Positions 37,525-53,121 of a stretch of DNA of 64,000 nt are shown here, piece after piece. Made by a program: the position numbers and the translations under genes. The DNA is from Chrysomallon squamiferum (taxonomy: Eukaryota > Animalia > Mollusca): NCBI GenBank assembly GCA_012295275.1, contig CM022679.1:13144001-13208000 (forward strand), written 5' to 3'. The notes under the pieces are model-generated. The model saw nothing but the letters and a program-made list of their open reading frames with translations. It ran no database searches and was not told the origin of the DNA. How positions within the stretch are numbered: the first letter of the stretch is position 1; every line of letters begins with the position of its first letter.

Positions 37525-40500
37525 TTATTAAGACCACGACGACGAAGAAGAAATGACAACGAAATTGATTCAGGTAAATATTGCAATAATGTTTCACACA
37601 GAATTAAAATAGAATCGTCGAGGTATTGCACAATCACAATGCAAGTTCAAAGTCTAGTGATAATGACTCGGTGTACAAGATATTAACAAGGTTTTAATTT
37701 TAACTATTTATTAAAAAACGAAACAAAAGTTTACGTAAGCGGATGATAATATTAGCTTTCGGCTGTGTGTAACTTCTAACAAACAAACAAAAAATAATAA
37801 TAATAAAACGAAATTTGGTGATTGTTTTTTTAGATGATGATAATTATTATTATTAAACAATGAAACAGGATTTTTCTCAAACTTTATTAATATATTTAGA
37901 ATAAAGTACTTTACAAACGTGTGACTAACAGGTAAGTGACAAGTGTGTAATTTAAAATATTGAAAAGTGATCGAAAAATTCTTTGTCGACGGATAAGGTA
38001 AGTATATTTTTTTAACTTTGTATTTTGCTAAGCGAATCGAGTGGGAGTTGTGTACCAAAGGGAAAACATCTTTTCACGAGACAGCATTCAAGTCTGGACC
38101 TGCATGTTGATCGACTTGCTGAGAAATGAACAGGACTTGTTACGAAAATGTTAATAAAAACAATAAATGAAACAGGTATCTGTGTATTACACGTTTTAAA
38201 AATAAATGAAAGATAATTTATGTGGTTTTAGCTGTTTCAAGTTATTAGACGTCATAGTCAAGTATCTGACATATTCAGTTATATCGTAAATTTATGGCAT
38301 AGATCATTGAAAATGGTGTTTCATTTCTTCGTCGAATTAAACTTAGTATTCTACTTTGACTTTCTAATTTAGAACCCAAAACACAAACCACGATAATTTA
38401 TTGTATTTTATTTAATCATAGGTATGTATTTATAAAAAAAAAAAACATAACTTTAAAAATGTCTTTCACTATCCTGCAAATACTACTTTTTCTTTTTTAC
38501 ATGAAGTTTAAATTATTTGTTACGTGCCATATACTACTGAACGAAAATAAATAGAACTTAATTTTGTAAAATTAATTTTTCATTCATTAATTCTGAAGAA
38601 GGAAATGAGCCCACCTAGTACAGGAACTTTATATTTTATTTTTATTTTTATTTTATTTTTTTTTTTTTTTTTTTTTTGAAGACCGTAACTACAAACAAAT
38701 AAAATAAATCACGATACAAAACATAAGCGCTTCAGGAAAAATAACCAATATAAATGTGTTAAAAATACTAAACGCCTAAGATAATTAAAATTAAAACATA
38801 GTAAGTAAAACTGTATGCCTCTCCACCATGATTAAATTCAAAAGAAAACAAAATCCACCCAATATGTTGTAATCGACTGCTGTTTGAAAAGTAGGATTTG
38901 AAATACTATACAGTAACGTCAAACAAAGATAATTCAAACGTCGATTTCTCGGATACTCGATTTATTGAACCGAAAGTTAGCATTGATGACCTTCGAATAT
39001 TCAAAAGTGAATAAATCCAAAAACTTTATATCTCAAAGTCGCTTTCCTGATCGAGAAAATAGATTTAATAGAAATTAGCCTTCGAAAACTCGAAGTGCTG
39101 GAATGGTCACGCTATTGTTTCACTTGGTAAATACAAAACAATGAGTCGTTGATTATCCGGAACGAAATACGCCTACCTCGGTCGTCATGTGTTTTTACAC
39201 AAAGCACTTTCGTTGTTTAGCTGATAAAGTTTACTGATTGATGTTTGTTTTGCTTACAAATGAATGTATCGTGTCAAACATGCTGTTTGCTGTTTAAATG
39301 CCAATTATTATGAAAGACCGGGGAATCTGGTGGACCCGGCAACGGAGATAGGGTGGGGTGGAGGAATAGCCAGATGGGTTAACAAACAAAAGTTCTGCTG
39401 TCATGTTATCCAAAAGGACCCGACAGTGGAGTTTTAACCGCATTGGAAACACAAAGCAGAGGCGTGAAAAGAAAGTTGGCGATGAAAAATACTGAGACAA
39501 ATTCAAAGGGTTAATGGAGGTTAAAGCCGGTATATAAATATATAAACTGCTAAGGAAAACCATAAGTGGTCAAATACTTTATTACTATGGATTAAAAAGA
39601 AATAATCAATTCAAGAAGATTATTTAACGTTTGGTCATAAAGTAAAAACGCGAGAACTGGAGAAATATGTGACCGCAACTTTGAAATGATTATAAAATGC
39701 AAGGGGATAAAAAATACTCTTTAGTAATGCCGTTTTTGTCGTTCCAAACACCCAGCTTAAAGAGCATGACGATAATGTCGTCCCCCCAACATATGTGTGT
39801 GTGAATATTACAAACATACAGATCAATATTAAATGTGTATAGTCTTTTGAAAACAGTTTCTCTATATTATGTTAATCGTCCTCCAACATGAATATAAATC
39901 GTATATCAGAATGAGGCACATTAAAAAATATAGGGACTTATTTATTTATTTAATAAAATTACTCAATAAGAAAAGATAATTATTTATATAAATAATATTA
40001 ATCACCCCAAAACAACAGTTAAACATTTTAATCCTAGCACAAAGCCAAGTTTTTACAGTTAATCTCACTACTTCATACAGCTATGGTGGAAATGGGAGAT
40101 TATAATAAAATAAAATAGTGAGATACATATGTTGAATTAGTTAACAAAAAAGTCTGAAATTTTATTATCTACACTCTCACTGCTAAAACGAGCACTTACA
40201 CCAACGAAATATGCTCGAGGTCTTGTAAAACAAAAACGCAAGCAGACGGTGCTGTGAAATTTACGTTACAGTGCCAGAAATATATAAAATTATAAAAATG
40301 TGTTATTTGAAGGGTCTTTACTGAAGCTAATCTGTGTGTGAGTATGTGTCGGTACACACACAATCGCATACATTCATATACACAAACACATGATTATACA
40401 CATAATATATACACACATGTCATGGGTTCGAAAACTTTTTCCACAGTATGAATGTGTGTTGTGGTGTCTATATATATATATAGATATACTTGATAAAAGT

Positions 40501-41378
40501 TCTTTGGGAAATACAAATCAAATGAACAGCACTATTCAAACATTAAATAAGATATCGTAATATACTACAGTACACAGCACAAACGTTTTAAGTGAAATTA
40601 TTTTACAGATGTAAACATCTGAAACTTCAAATTTGATTTTCTATGATTTTTTCAAATCAACAGTTTTTGAAATTTTGCTCTTGGGGAATGGTTGGCCCTC
40701 TTTCTCCCCATCTGACTTGCCACTGGGCTTCAATAACATCAAGACAGAAAAAAAAATATATATATATTTTTTATTAAATTAACCTGTAATTTTTTTTCCG
40801 GGGGCTTATGGTCGGTAAAAAAAAAATTCATCTTTATTCTAGGTTTTATGTGGGTGATCGCGAAAGACACTGTAGGAATGGCGAAGATGGAAATGACTGT
40901 GGTATATTACCAAGTATGATATCTTTATGTATATGCGTCTATGAATGTGTGTGAATATATGGACGTATTAATGTAGTTTTATTTGTACATGAGCGGTTTG
41001 TATGTATATGACTGGTGTCTCTTTATATATGTATGTGTGTTTATATATGTATGTATGTCTGTATGTATGTGTCTATGTATTAATGTGTGTGTGTATGAAT
41101 GTATGTGTGTGCGTGCATATGTATTTAAGTATATGTGTGAGTGAAAAATAACTAGTGTGAAGTATATTCGTATGTACGTAAACGTTTTGTTATTAAGTGT
41201 CTTTTACATTTTATTTATTTATTTATTTATTCATTGGAAGTGTTTCTTAGAAATAAATTCTTAATATTGTTCATCGCTCGTTTATGAAGATAGCAGACAG
41301 TTATTATTATTGTTATTATTAACATTATCATTATCATTATCATTATCACCATCATCATCATCATTATCATCATCATCA

Positions 41379-41439
<61 letters not shown>

Positions 41440-41452
41440 TTTCTTCATTCAG

Positions 41453-41572
41453 ATTCACATTACTGTAATCCTGGGTTTTGTCTCTCCCGAAGCAACCATA
41501 CCTGTATCTCCAGCCTGTATGTGTGTTATGACAAAATTCACTGTGGGAATGGCGAAAATGAAAATGACTGTG
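41453..41572 (+). CDS. Variant LDLa exon (Cys2 shifted, acidic residues lost)
   Basis: DSHYCNPGFCLSRSNHTCISSLYVCYDKIHCGNGENENDC; open, 120 nt, AG/GT flanks. Confidence 0.55.
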
Positions 41573-42838
41573 GTATATTAACAAGTATGATATCTTTATG
41601 TATGTGCGTCTATGAATGTGTGTCAATATATGTACGTATTAATGTATTTTTATTTGTGCACGAGCGTTTGTGTGTATATGACTGGTGTCTATGTATATAT
41701 GTATATGTGTTTATGTATTATGTATATATGAATGTATGTGTCTGTGTATTAATGTATGTATGAATGCATGTGTGTTCGTGCATATGTATTTAAGTATGTG
41801 CGTGAATGAAAAATAACAAGTGTGAAGTATATTCGTGTGTATCTATGTTTGTGTGATATGCATGTGTGTCTATAATGTATAAAGTCTGGTTAAAACTCAA
41901 TTGTCTGTTTGTATCTCTAACTCTTTGTTTGTCTTAAATCTCCTTCTCCGTCTTTCTGTCTGTCTCTGTATATCTGTCTCAGTTTGAATATACCTTTTAA
42001 CATCCTCTTACACCAAATCACAGATAGAGACAAACGCATGCGCGCGCACACACACGCGCACACACACACGCACGCACGAATAAACTTCATCTGGAGGTAC
42101 GCTGATCGATCCCCACTGGGTGATTACAGCGGCGCATTGCTTTGAATCGTAAGTACAAAGATTCAGTTAAAACTCAGAAATTGTTAGCGATGTTCTAACG
42201 TTATAAAAACAATCTAATGGTAAATGAATATTTGAGAATTGTTATTATTTATTATGAACTGATATACTGTATATTTTCTCCGTTCCATCCATTTTTTGTT
42301 TTGTTTTTTTCTTTATAATGAAATTCATTTTATTTTTTGAAATTTCATCTAGCAGTATGATTAAATTATCCGATTTAGTTAAGACCTGAATCCATTACTA
42401 ACGATTTTTAATTATGAAAAGGGAATTTTCAAAATAAAATAATGTCTTCTTTTTCTTCTTGATTTATCAATTCATTATCCCTGCAGAACCGAAAATCCAT
42501 TGTGCAAGAGTTAGTATATCAAAAATAGCATACATTGTGCAAACCATATATTAATTTAGCATTCTGTTTCTTTTTTTTTATTACACTTCATTAACAGCGG
42601 TTAATCTTCGTGGTGTCCAGTGATGCATGAGGCGGAAACAATATTAAAAATTAACGTGAGTAATAAATCAGTATTATCACGTACTATTCAAAAACAACAA
42701 CAACAATAAAAAAAGAAAAAAAGGTGGTTACTTATGCGCATGGGCAGACTAATTACCAAACCATGTGACTTGGCTTATCTCCAGTAGCGCCTGTTACCAA
42801 CATAACACTGGTATGACAACAAAGTTATTTTTAGCATC

Positions 42839-43223
42839 TGACGTCATCAAGGGTATAAAAGGACCGCGCGCCCGCCCAATCGACGGAACTGCCCAGCTCG
42901 CACCCGCGGAAAGTCGTTCACCATGACGGACTGGAAGTGGGTGCTGTCTCGTGTTAAGCTATTTTCCTTTTGGTTCACAATTACGCTTACTTCGTTATTT
43001 CCTGAGATGTTCGAATCTTAGGACCCGTTCCCGGTTCTCGGAGACCACGCCCGTCAGCGGCCCTGCAATCGCAGTTTTAACTGCGCTAAAGGGTTGGGTG
43101 TGCGATCTGGGGACCTCAGACGTTGTACGTTGGCCGCTGGGTGGATTCGAATACCCCAGTGCCGAGTAGTGCAGTCTTTGAGGTCCCTGGTATATTTCTA
43201 CACGTCTACTGTGGAAGGTAAGT
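42839..43223 (+). promoter_or_regulatory. Array copy 5: CRE + TATA + putative first exon (GTG GAA G|GTAAGT)
   Basis: CRE 42839; TATA 42854; donor 43218; terminal ATG is GTG here. Confidence 0.7.
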
Positions 43224-43323
43224 TCGTTTATTTAGAAAGTAATTCTGTTCAGACTCAGTATTAATTACTGCGTGACCTATATTATATGTGAGAATGATGA
43301 TGGCGCTTATTTACTTATTATTT

Positions 43324-43354
<31 letters not shown>

Positions 43355-44475
43355 TTATTAAGACGACGACGACGAAGAAGAAACAACAACGAAATTGATT
43401 CAGGTAAATATTGCAATAATGTTTCACACAGAATTAAAATAGAATCGTCGAGGTATTGCACAATCACAATGCAAGTTCAAAGTCTAGTGATAATGACTCG
43501 GTGTACAAGATATTAACAAGGTTTTAATTTTAACTATTTATTAAAAAACGAAACAAAAGTTTACGTAAGCGGATGATAATATTAGCTTTCGGCTGTGTGT
43601 AACTTCTAACAAACAAACAAAAAATAATAATAATAAAACGAAATTTGGTGATTGTTTTTTTAGATGATGATAATTATTATTATTAAACAATGAAACAGGA
43701 TTTTTCTCAAACTTTATTAATATATTTAGAATAAAGTACTTTACAAACGTGTGACTAACAGGTAAGTGACAAGTGTGTAATTTAAAATATTGAAAAGTGA
43801 TCGAAAAATTCTTTGTCGGCGGATAAGGTAAGTATATTTTTTTAACTTTGTATTTTGCTAAGCGAATCGAGTGGGAGTTGTGTACCAAAGGGAAAACATC
43901 TTTTCACGAGACAGCATTCAAGTCTGGACCTGCATGTTGATCGACTTGCTGAGAAATGAACAGGACTTGTTACGAAAATGTTAATAAAAACAATAAATGA
44001 AACAGGTATCTGTGTATTACACGTTTTAAAAATAAATGAACGATAATTTATGTGGTTTCTGTAGAACTTCGTTTCAGCTGTTTCAGGGTATAAGACGTCA
44101 CAGTCAAGTATCTGACATGTTCAGTTAGATCGTAAATTTATGGCATAGATCATTGAAAATGGTGTTTCATTTCTTCGTCGAATTAAACTTAGTATTCTAC
44201 TTTGACTTTCTAATTTAGAACCCAAAACACAAACCACGATAATTTATTGTATTTTATTTAATCATAGGTATGTATTTATAAAAAAACATAATTTAAAAAT
44301 GTCTTTCACCATCCTGCAAATACTACTTTTTCTTTTTTACATGAAGTTTGTATTATTTGTTAGGTGCAATATACTACTGAACGAAAATAAATAGAAGTTA
44401 AATTTGTAAAATAAATTTTTCATTCAGTATTTGTGTAGCAGCAAATGAGAGATTAAAAGCCCACCTTTACAGAAA

Positions 44476-44506
<31 letters not shown>

Positions 44507-45323
44507 GAAGACCGTAACTACAAACAAATAAAATAAATCACGATACAAAACATAAACGCTTCAGGTAAAAATAACCAATTTAAATGTGTCCAAAATACTA
44601 AATGCCTAAGATAATTAAAGTTAAAACGTAATAAGAAAAAATGTATGCCTCTCCACCATGATTAAATTCAAAAGCTAAAAGAATCCTCCCACTATATTGT
44701 AATCTACTGCTGTTTGAAAAGTAGGAATTGAAATACTATACATTAAGGTCAAACAGAGATAATTCAAACGTCGATTTCTCGAGTACTCGGTTTATTGAAC
44801 TAAAAGTTAGTATTAATGACCTTCGAATATTCAAAAGTGAATAAATCCAAAACCTTTATATTTAAAGCAGGTATATAAATCTATAAACTGCTAAGAAAAC
44901 CCATAAGTGGTCAAATACTTTATTACTATGGATTAAAAAGAAAGAATCAATTCAAGAAGTTATTCAACGTTTGGTCATAAAGTAAAAACGCGAGAACTGG
45001 AGAAATATGTGACCGCAACTTTGAAATGATTATAAAATGCAGGATAAAAAAATACTCTTTAAATAATGCCGCTTTTGACGTTCCAAACACCGAGCTTAAA
45101 GAGCATGACGATAATGTCGTCCCCCAACATATGTGTGTGTGAATATTACAAACATACAGATCAATATTAAATGTGTATAGTCTTTTTGAAAACGGTTTAT
45201 TATGATATTCGTCCTCCAACATGAATATAAATCGTATATCAGAATAGGGCACATTAATAAATATAGGGGCTTATTTATTTATTTAATAAAATTACTCAAT
45301 AAGAAAAGATAATTATTTATATA

Positions 45324-45523
45324 NNNNNNNNNNNNNNNNNNNNNNNNNNNNNNNNNNNNNNNNNNNNNNNNNNNNNNNNNNNNNNNNNNNNNNNNNNNNN
45401 NNNNNNNNNNNNNNNNNNNNNNNNNNNNNNNNNNNNNNNNNNNNNNNNNNNNNNNNNNNNNNNNNNNNNNNNNNNNNNNNNNNNNNNNNNNNNNNNNNNN
45501 NNNNNNNNNNNNNNNNNNNNNNN
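45324..45523. other. Assembly gap (200 N)
   Basis: Run of N inside the array; true length unknown. Confidence 1.
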
Positions 45524-45641
45524 AAGTTGGTTATTTATGCGCATGGGCAGACTAATTAGCACACCATGTGACTTGGCTTATCTCCAGTAGCGCCTGTTAC
45601 CAACATAACACTGTAATGACAACAAATTTATTTTTAACATC

Positions 45642-46026
45642 TGACGTCATCAAGGGTATAAAAGGACCGCGCGCCCGCCCAATCGACGGAACTGCCCAGC
45701 TCGCACCCGCGGAAAGTCGTTCACCATGACGGACTGGAAGTGGGTGCTGTCTCGTGTTAAGCTATTTTCCTTTTGGTTCACAATTACGCTTACTTCGTTA
45801 TTTCCTGAGATGTTCGAATCTTAGGACCCGTTCCCGGTTCTCGGAGACCACGCCCGTCAGCGGCCCTGCAATCGCAGTTTTAACTGTGCTAAAGGGTTGG
45901 GTGTGTGATCTGGGGACCTCAGACGTTGTACGTTGGCCGCTGGGTGGATTCGAATACCCCAGTGCCGAGTAGTGCAGTCTTTGAGGTCCCTGGTATATTT
46001 CTACACGTCTGCTATGGAAGGTAAGT
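45642..46026 (+). promoter_or_regulatory. Array copy 6: CRE + TATA + putative first exon (ATG GAA G|GTAAGT)
   Basis: CRE 45642; TATA 45657; donor 46021. Confidence 0.7.
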
Positions 46027-48332
46027 TCGTTTATTTAGAAAGTAATTCTCTTCACATTCAGTATTAATTACTGCGTGACCTATATTATATGTGAGAATGA
46101 TGATGGCGCTTATTTACTTATTATTATTATTATTATTATTATTAAGATGACGACGAAGAAGAAACGACAACGAAATTGATTCAGGTAAATATTGCAATAA
46201 TGTTTCACACAGAATTAAAATAGAATCGTGAAGGTATTGCACAATCACAGTGCAAGTTCCAAGTACAAAGCTAGTGATAATGACTCGGTGTACAGGATAT
46301 TAACAAAGGTTTAATGTGTAACTATTTATTAAAAAACGTAAGCGGATGATAATATTAGCTTTTGGCTGTGTGTAACTTCTAACAAACAAACAAAAAAAAT
46401 AACAAAACGAATTTGGTGATTGTTTTTTTAGATGATGATAATTATTATTATTAAACAATGAAACAGGATTTTTCTCAAACTTTATTAATATATTTAGAAT
46501 GAAGTACTTTACAAACGTGTGACTAACAGGTAAGTGACAAGTGTGTAATTTAAAATATTGAAAAGTGATCGAAAAATTCTTTGCCGGCGGATAAGGTAAG
46601 TATATTTTTTTAACTTTGTATTTTGCTAAGCGAATCGAGTGGGAGTTGTGTACCAAAGGGAAAACATCTTTTCACGAGACAGCATTCAAGTCTGGACCTG
46701 CATGTTGATCGACTTTCTGAGAAATGAACAGGACTTGTTACAAAAATGTTAATAAAAACAATAAATGAAACAGGAATCTGTGTATTACGTATGTTTTAAA
46801 AATAAATGAACGATAATTTATGTGGTTTCTGTAGAACTTCGTTTTAGCTGTTTCAGGCTATTAGACATCACAGTCAAGTATCTGACATACTCAGTTAGAT
46901 CGTAAATTTATGGCATGTATCATTGAAAATGGTGTTTCATTTCTTCGTCGAATTAAACTTACTATTCTACTTTGACTTTCTAGTTTAGAACCCAAAACAC
47001 AAACCACGATAATTTATTGTATTTTATTTAATCATAGGTATGTATTTATAAAAAAAAAAACATAACTTTAAAAATGTCTTTCACTATCCTGCAAATATTA
47101 CTTTTTCTTTTTTACATGAAGTTTAAATTATTTGTTACGTGCCATATACTACTGAAAGAAAATAAATAGAACTTAATTTTGTAAAATTAATTTTTCATTC
47201 ATTATTTCTGAAGAAGCAAATGAGCCCACCTAGTACAGGAACTTTTTATGTTATTTTTTATTTATTTATTTTTTTTTTTTTTTTGAAGACCTCTTAACTA
47301 CAAACAAATAAAATAAATAACGATACAAAACAAAAACGCTTCAGGAAAAATAACCAATATAAATGTGTCAAAAATATTAAGCGCCTAAGATAATTAAAGT
47401 TGAAACATAATAAGTAAAAATGTATGCCTCTCCACCATGATTAAATTCAAAAGAAAACAAAATCCCTCCAATATGTTGTAATCGACTGCTGTTTGAAAAG
47501 TAGGAATTGAAATACTATACAGTAACGTCAAACAGAGATAATTCAAACCTCGATTTCTCGAGTACTCGATCTATTGAACTGAAAGTCTGGACACGCCTGA
47601 GCTCCTAAGTCAGCATTGATGACCTTCGAATATTCAAAAGTGAATAAATCCTAAAATTTTATATCTCAAAGTCGCTTTCCTGTTCCAGAATACGGATTTA
47701 ATAGAAATTAGCCTTCGAAAACTCGAAGTGCTGGAATGGTCACGCTATTGTTTCACTTGGTAAATACAAAACAATGACTCGTTGATTATGCGGAACGAAA
47801 TACGCCTGCCTCGGTCGTCAGGGTTTTTACACAATGCAAGCAGGGTCTCTGTTCATAACAAAAACACTTTTGTTGTTTAGCTGATAAAGTTCACTGATTG
47901 ATGTTTCTTTTTGCTTACAAATGAGTGTATCGTGTCAAACATGCTGTTTACTGTTTAAATGCCAATTATTATGAAAGACCGGGGAATCTTGTTGGACCCG
48001 GCAACGGAGACAGGTGGGGTGGAGGAATAGCCAGATGGGTTAACAAACAAAAGTTCTGCTGTCATGTTATCCAAAAGGACCCGACAGTGGAGTTTTAACC
48101 GGATTGGAAACACAAAGCAGAGGCGTGAAAAGAAAGTTGGCGATGAAAAATACTGAGACAAATTCAAAGGGTTAATGGAGGTTAAAGCCGGTATTTAAAT
48201 ATATAAACTGCTAAGGAAAACCATAAGGGGGAAATACTTTATTACTATGGATTAAAAAGAATGAAGCCATTCAAGAAGATTATTTAACGTTTAGTCATAA
48301 AGTAAAAACACGAGAACTGGAGAAATACAGAG

Positions 48333-49009
48333 GGTTTATTCGCGATTCTGGCATTCCCGAATCTGGCAGCTTATTTGGACACGCCATTTGTTCCATTTCT
48401 GGCATTTTATTTCTCACCCTTATTAATTGGTGTTCCGTCAACTTAATATATGGCCCATCACCTTAATTGATGTACTTTTGTTAAACTGTATTTTGTCCAC
48501 AATTTGTAGGACAATCAGTCACACTCTACACAAGAAATGTTCCAGAAAGCATTCCACCGCAAACTGACAAGTAGGAAGCCGTCTCCCGGGTACACGTGAC
48601 GTACTGCAATCCCAGCTGGAAGAGGTTCTGCTTGTCTTCTTCAGTGCGGCGGGAATTCCTTGGTTTCTGTCCATCTTCCAGCTGCAGCAGATGGGCTTCC
48701 TCGTTGGCGTTCTCTGACTTGAACAAGAAAATCAGCTCGTATATGTTCATGTATTGTTTCACTTCTCTCTTGGCCAACCTGCTGTTGTAACCTTCACAAG
48801 TCTCCAAATATTAATTTTCTTGCAATCTCTATTCCGGCTCCCCTCTGCTCTTCACTGCTTATTAAAGTTAATCTCGTTAATCGCCCCCTCTGTTCTTCAT
48901 GCCTCCAAATTGGTCTTAATTGCTCACGCCAGTTTTCCCAATTCTGGAAGCGGATTATAACACCTCACCAATAACATAATCTGGAGACTGCCAGTTTTGG
49001 GAACATACC
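48333..49009 (-). mobile_element. Internally deleted Mutator-like (MULE) element inserted in one array unit
   Basis: 677 bp absent from the other units; imperfect TIRs GGTTTATTCGCGATTCTGGCA / TGCCAGTTTTGGGAACATACC; near-TSD ATACAGAG / ATATAGAG; minus ORF CEGYNSRL...MNIYELIFLFKSE resembles the EGWHxRL...PNIWxxIxxLKxE C-terminus of animal MULE transposases. Confidence 0.7.
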
Positions 49010-51938
49010 ATATAGAGACCACAACTATGAAATGGTTATAAAATGCTTGGGGATAAAAATACGTTTTTTTTCCAGGCCGCTTTTGACGTTCCAAACACTG
49101 AGCTTAAAGAGCACGACGATAATGTCGAACCCAACGTGTGTGTGTGTATGATTATTACAATATTAAATGTGTATAGTCTTTTGGCAACAGTTTCTCTACA
49201 TTTTGTTATTCGTCCTCCAACATGAATATAAATTGTATATCAGAAAGATGCACGTTTATAAATATACGGGAATTTATTTATTTATTTATTTAATAAAATT
49301 ACTCAATAAGAAAAGATAATTACTTATATAAATAATATTAAACACCCCAAAACAACAGCTAAAAGTTATAGTCCCATTGATAATCCTAGCTCCAAGCCAA
49401 GTTTTTACAGTTAGTCTCACTACTTCATACAGGTATGGTGGAAATGGAGATTATAATAAAATAAAATAGTGAGAAACATATGTTGAATTAGTTAACAAAA
49501 AAGTATAAAATTGGTGTCTCTGTATCTATGTATGTGTGTTTATATAGGTATGTATGTCTGTATCTATGTGTCTATGTTTTAATGTGTGTCTGTATGAATG
49601 TAGGTGTGTGCGTGCATATGTATTTAAGTATGTGTGTGAGTGAAAGCGTGGATCATTGAAAATGTTGTTTCATTTCTTCGTCGAATTAAACTTACTATTC
49701 TACTTTGACTTTCTAGTTTAGAACCCAAAACGGAAACCACGATGATTTATTGTATTTTATTTAATCATAGGTATGTTTTAATAAAAAATTTTTTTTTAAA
49801 AATGTCTTTCACCATCCTGCAAATACTACTTTTTCCTTTTTCTCTCTTTTTTACATGAGGTTTGTATTATTTGTTAGGTGCAATATACTACTGAACGAAA
49901 ATAAACAGAACAAATTTGTAAAACAATTTCTTCATTCATTATTTCTGCAGCAGCAAATGAGCCGATCTAGTACAGGAACCGTTATTATTATTTATTTTTA
50001 TTTTTTTCTTAACTACAAACAAATAATATAAATCAAGATACAAAACAAAAACGCTTCAGGAAAAACAACCAATATAAATATGTCAAAAATACTAAACGCC
50101 TAAGATAATTCAAGTTAAAACACAATAAGTAAAAATGTATGCCTCTCCACCATGATTAAATTCAAAGAAAACAAAATCCTCCCGCTATATTGTAATCTAC
50201 GGCTGTTTGAAAAGTAGGAATTGAAATACGATACAGTAACGTCAAACAGAGATAATTCAAACTCGATTTCTCGACAACCTCGATTTATTGAACTGAAAGT
50301 TAGTATCAATTCCCTTCGAATAGTCAAAAGTGAATAAATCCAAAACCTTTATATCTCAAAGTCGCTTTCCTGTTCCAGAATGCAGATTTAATTGAAATTA
50401 GCCTTCGAAAACTCGAAGTGCTGGAATGGTCACGCTATTGTTTCACTTGGTATATACAAAACAATGAGTCGTTGATTATTCGCAACGAAATATGCATGCC
50501 TCGGTCGTCGTGTGTTTTTACACAATGCAAGCAGGGTCTCTGTTCATAACAAAAGCACTTTTGTTGTTTAGCTGATAAAGTTCACTGAATGATGTTTGTT
50601 TTGCTTACAAATGAGTGTATCGTGTCAAGCATGCTGTTTGCTGTTTAAATGCCAGTTGCTATGAAAGACCGGAAAATCGTGTGGACCCGGCAACGGAGAT
50701 AGGGTGGGGTGGAGGAATAGCCAGATGGGTTAACAAACAAAAGTTCTGCTGTCATATTATCCAAAAGGACCCGACAGTGGAGGTTTAACCGGATTAGAAA
50801 CACAAAGCAGAGGCGCGAAAAGAAAGTTGGCGATGAAAAATACTCAGACAAATTCAAAGGGTTAATGGAGGTTAAATCAGGTATATAAATATATAAACTG
50901 CTAAGGAAAACCATGAGTGGTCAAATACTTTATTACTATGGATAAAAAATAAAGAATCAATTCAAGAAGGTTATTTAACGTTTGGTCATAAAGTAAAAAC
51001 GAGAGAACTGGAGAAATATGTGACCGCAACTTTGAAATGATTATAAAATGCAAGGGGATAAAAAATACTCTTTAGTAATGCCGCTTTTGACGTTCCAAAC
51101 ACCGAGCTTAAAGAGCATGACGATAATGTCGTCCCCCAACATATGTGTGTGTGAATATTACAAACATACAGATCAATATTAAATGTGTATAGTCTTTTGA
51201 AAACAGTTTCTCTATATTATGTTAATCGTCCTCCAACATGAATATAAATCGTATATCAGAATGAGGCACATTAATAAATATAGGGGCTTATTTATTTATT
51301 TAATAAAATTACTCAATAAGAAAAGATAATTATTTATATAAATAATATTAATCACCCCAAAACAACAGTTAAAAATTATAATCCTAGCACAAAGCCAAGT
51401 TTTTACAGTTAATCTCACTACTTCATACAGCTATGGTGGAAATGGGAGATTATAATAAAATAAAATAGTGAGATACCTATGTTGATTTAGTTAACAAAAA
51501 AGTATAAAATGTTATTATCTACACTCTCACTGCTAAAACGAGCACTTACACCAACGAAATATGCTCGAGGCTTTGTAAAACAAAAACGCAAGCAGACGGT
51601 GCTGTGAAATTTACGTTACAATGCAAGAAATTTATTAAAATATAAAAATGTGTGTTACTTACTGAAGCTAATCAAGATACGATCGAATCTGTGTGTCAGT
51701 ATGTGTCGGTACAGACACAATCATACACAACCATATACACAAACAGATGATTATATACATAATACATACATACATATCATGGATCCCTGAACTTTTTCCA
51801 CAAAATGAATGTGTGTTGTGGTGTCTATATATAATATATATATAGAATGCTAGGGGATAAAAATACGCTTTAGCTATGCCGTTTTTGAAGTTACAAACAC
51901 TCAGCTTAAAGAGCACGACGATAATGTCTAACCCAAAT

Positions 51939-52043
51939 GTATACATACATACATACATACATACATACATACATACATACATACATACATACATACATAC
52001 ATACATACATACATACATACATACATACATACACACATACATA
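51939..52043. repeat. (TACA)n microsatellite (homologue at ~58005-58100)
   Basis: Direct reading. Confidence 0.95.
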
Positions 52044-52924
52044 CTTGATAAAGGTCCTTTTGGAAATACAAATCAAATGAACAGCACTATTCAAACATTA
52101 AATAAGATATCGTAATGTACTACACTACACAGCACAAACGTTTTAAGTGAAATTATTTTACAGATGTAAACATCTGAAACTTCAAATTTGATTTTCTATG
52201 ATTTTTCAAATCAACAGTTTTCAAATTGTGGGGAATGGTTGGCCCTCTTTCTCCCCATCGAACTTGCCACTGGGCTTCAATAATATCAAGACAGAACAAA
52301 AAATATATATCTTTTTTTTATTAAATTAACCTGTAATTTTTGTTTCCGGGAGGTTATGGTCGGTAAAAAAAATTCATCTTTATTCTAGGTTTTATGTGGG
52401 TGATCGCGAAAGACACTGTAGGAATGGCGAAGATGGAAATGACTGTGGTATATTACCAAGTATGATATCTTTATGTATGTACGTCTATGAATGTGTGTGA
52501 ATATATGGACGTATTAATGTAGTTTTATTTGTACATGAGCGGTTTGTATGTATATGACTGGTGTCTCTTTATATACGTATGTGTGTTTCTATATGTATGT
52601 ATGTCTGTATGTATGTGTCTATGTATTAATGTGTGTGTGTATGAATGTATGTGTGTGCGTGCATATGTATTTAAGTATATGTGTGAGTGAAAAATAACTA
52701 GTGTGAAGTATATTCGTATGTACGTAAACGTTTTGTTATTAAGTGTCTTTTACATTTTATTTATTTATTTATTTATTCATTGGAAGTGTTTCTTAGAAAT
52801 AAATTCTTAATATTGTTCATCGCTCGTTTATGAAGATAGCAGACAGTTATTATTATTGTTATTATTAACATTATCATTATCATTATCATTATCACCATCA
52901 TCATCATCATTATCATCATCATCA

Positions 52925-52988
<64 letters not shown>

Positions 52989-53001
52989 TTTCTTCATTCA
53001 G

Positions 53002-53121
53002 ATTCACATTACTGTAATCCTGGGTTTTGTCTCTCCCGAAGCAACCATACCTGTATCTCCAGCCTGTATGTGTGTTATGACAAAATTCACTGTGGGAATG
53101 GCGAAAATGAAAATGACTGTG
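53002..53121 (+). CDS. Variant LDLa exon (same type as 41453)
   Basis: Same translation as 41453-41572; AG/GT flanks. Confidence 0.55.
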
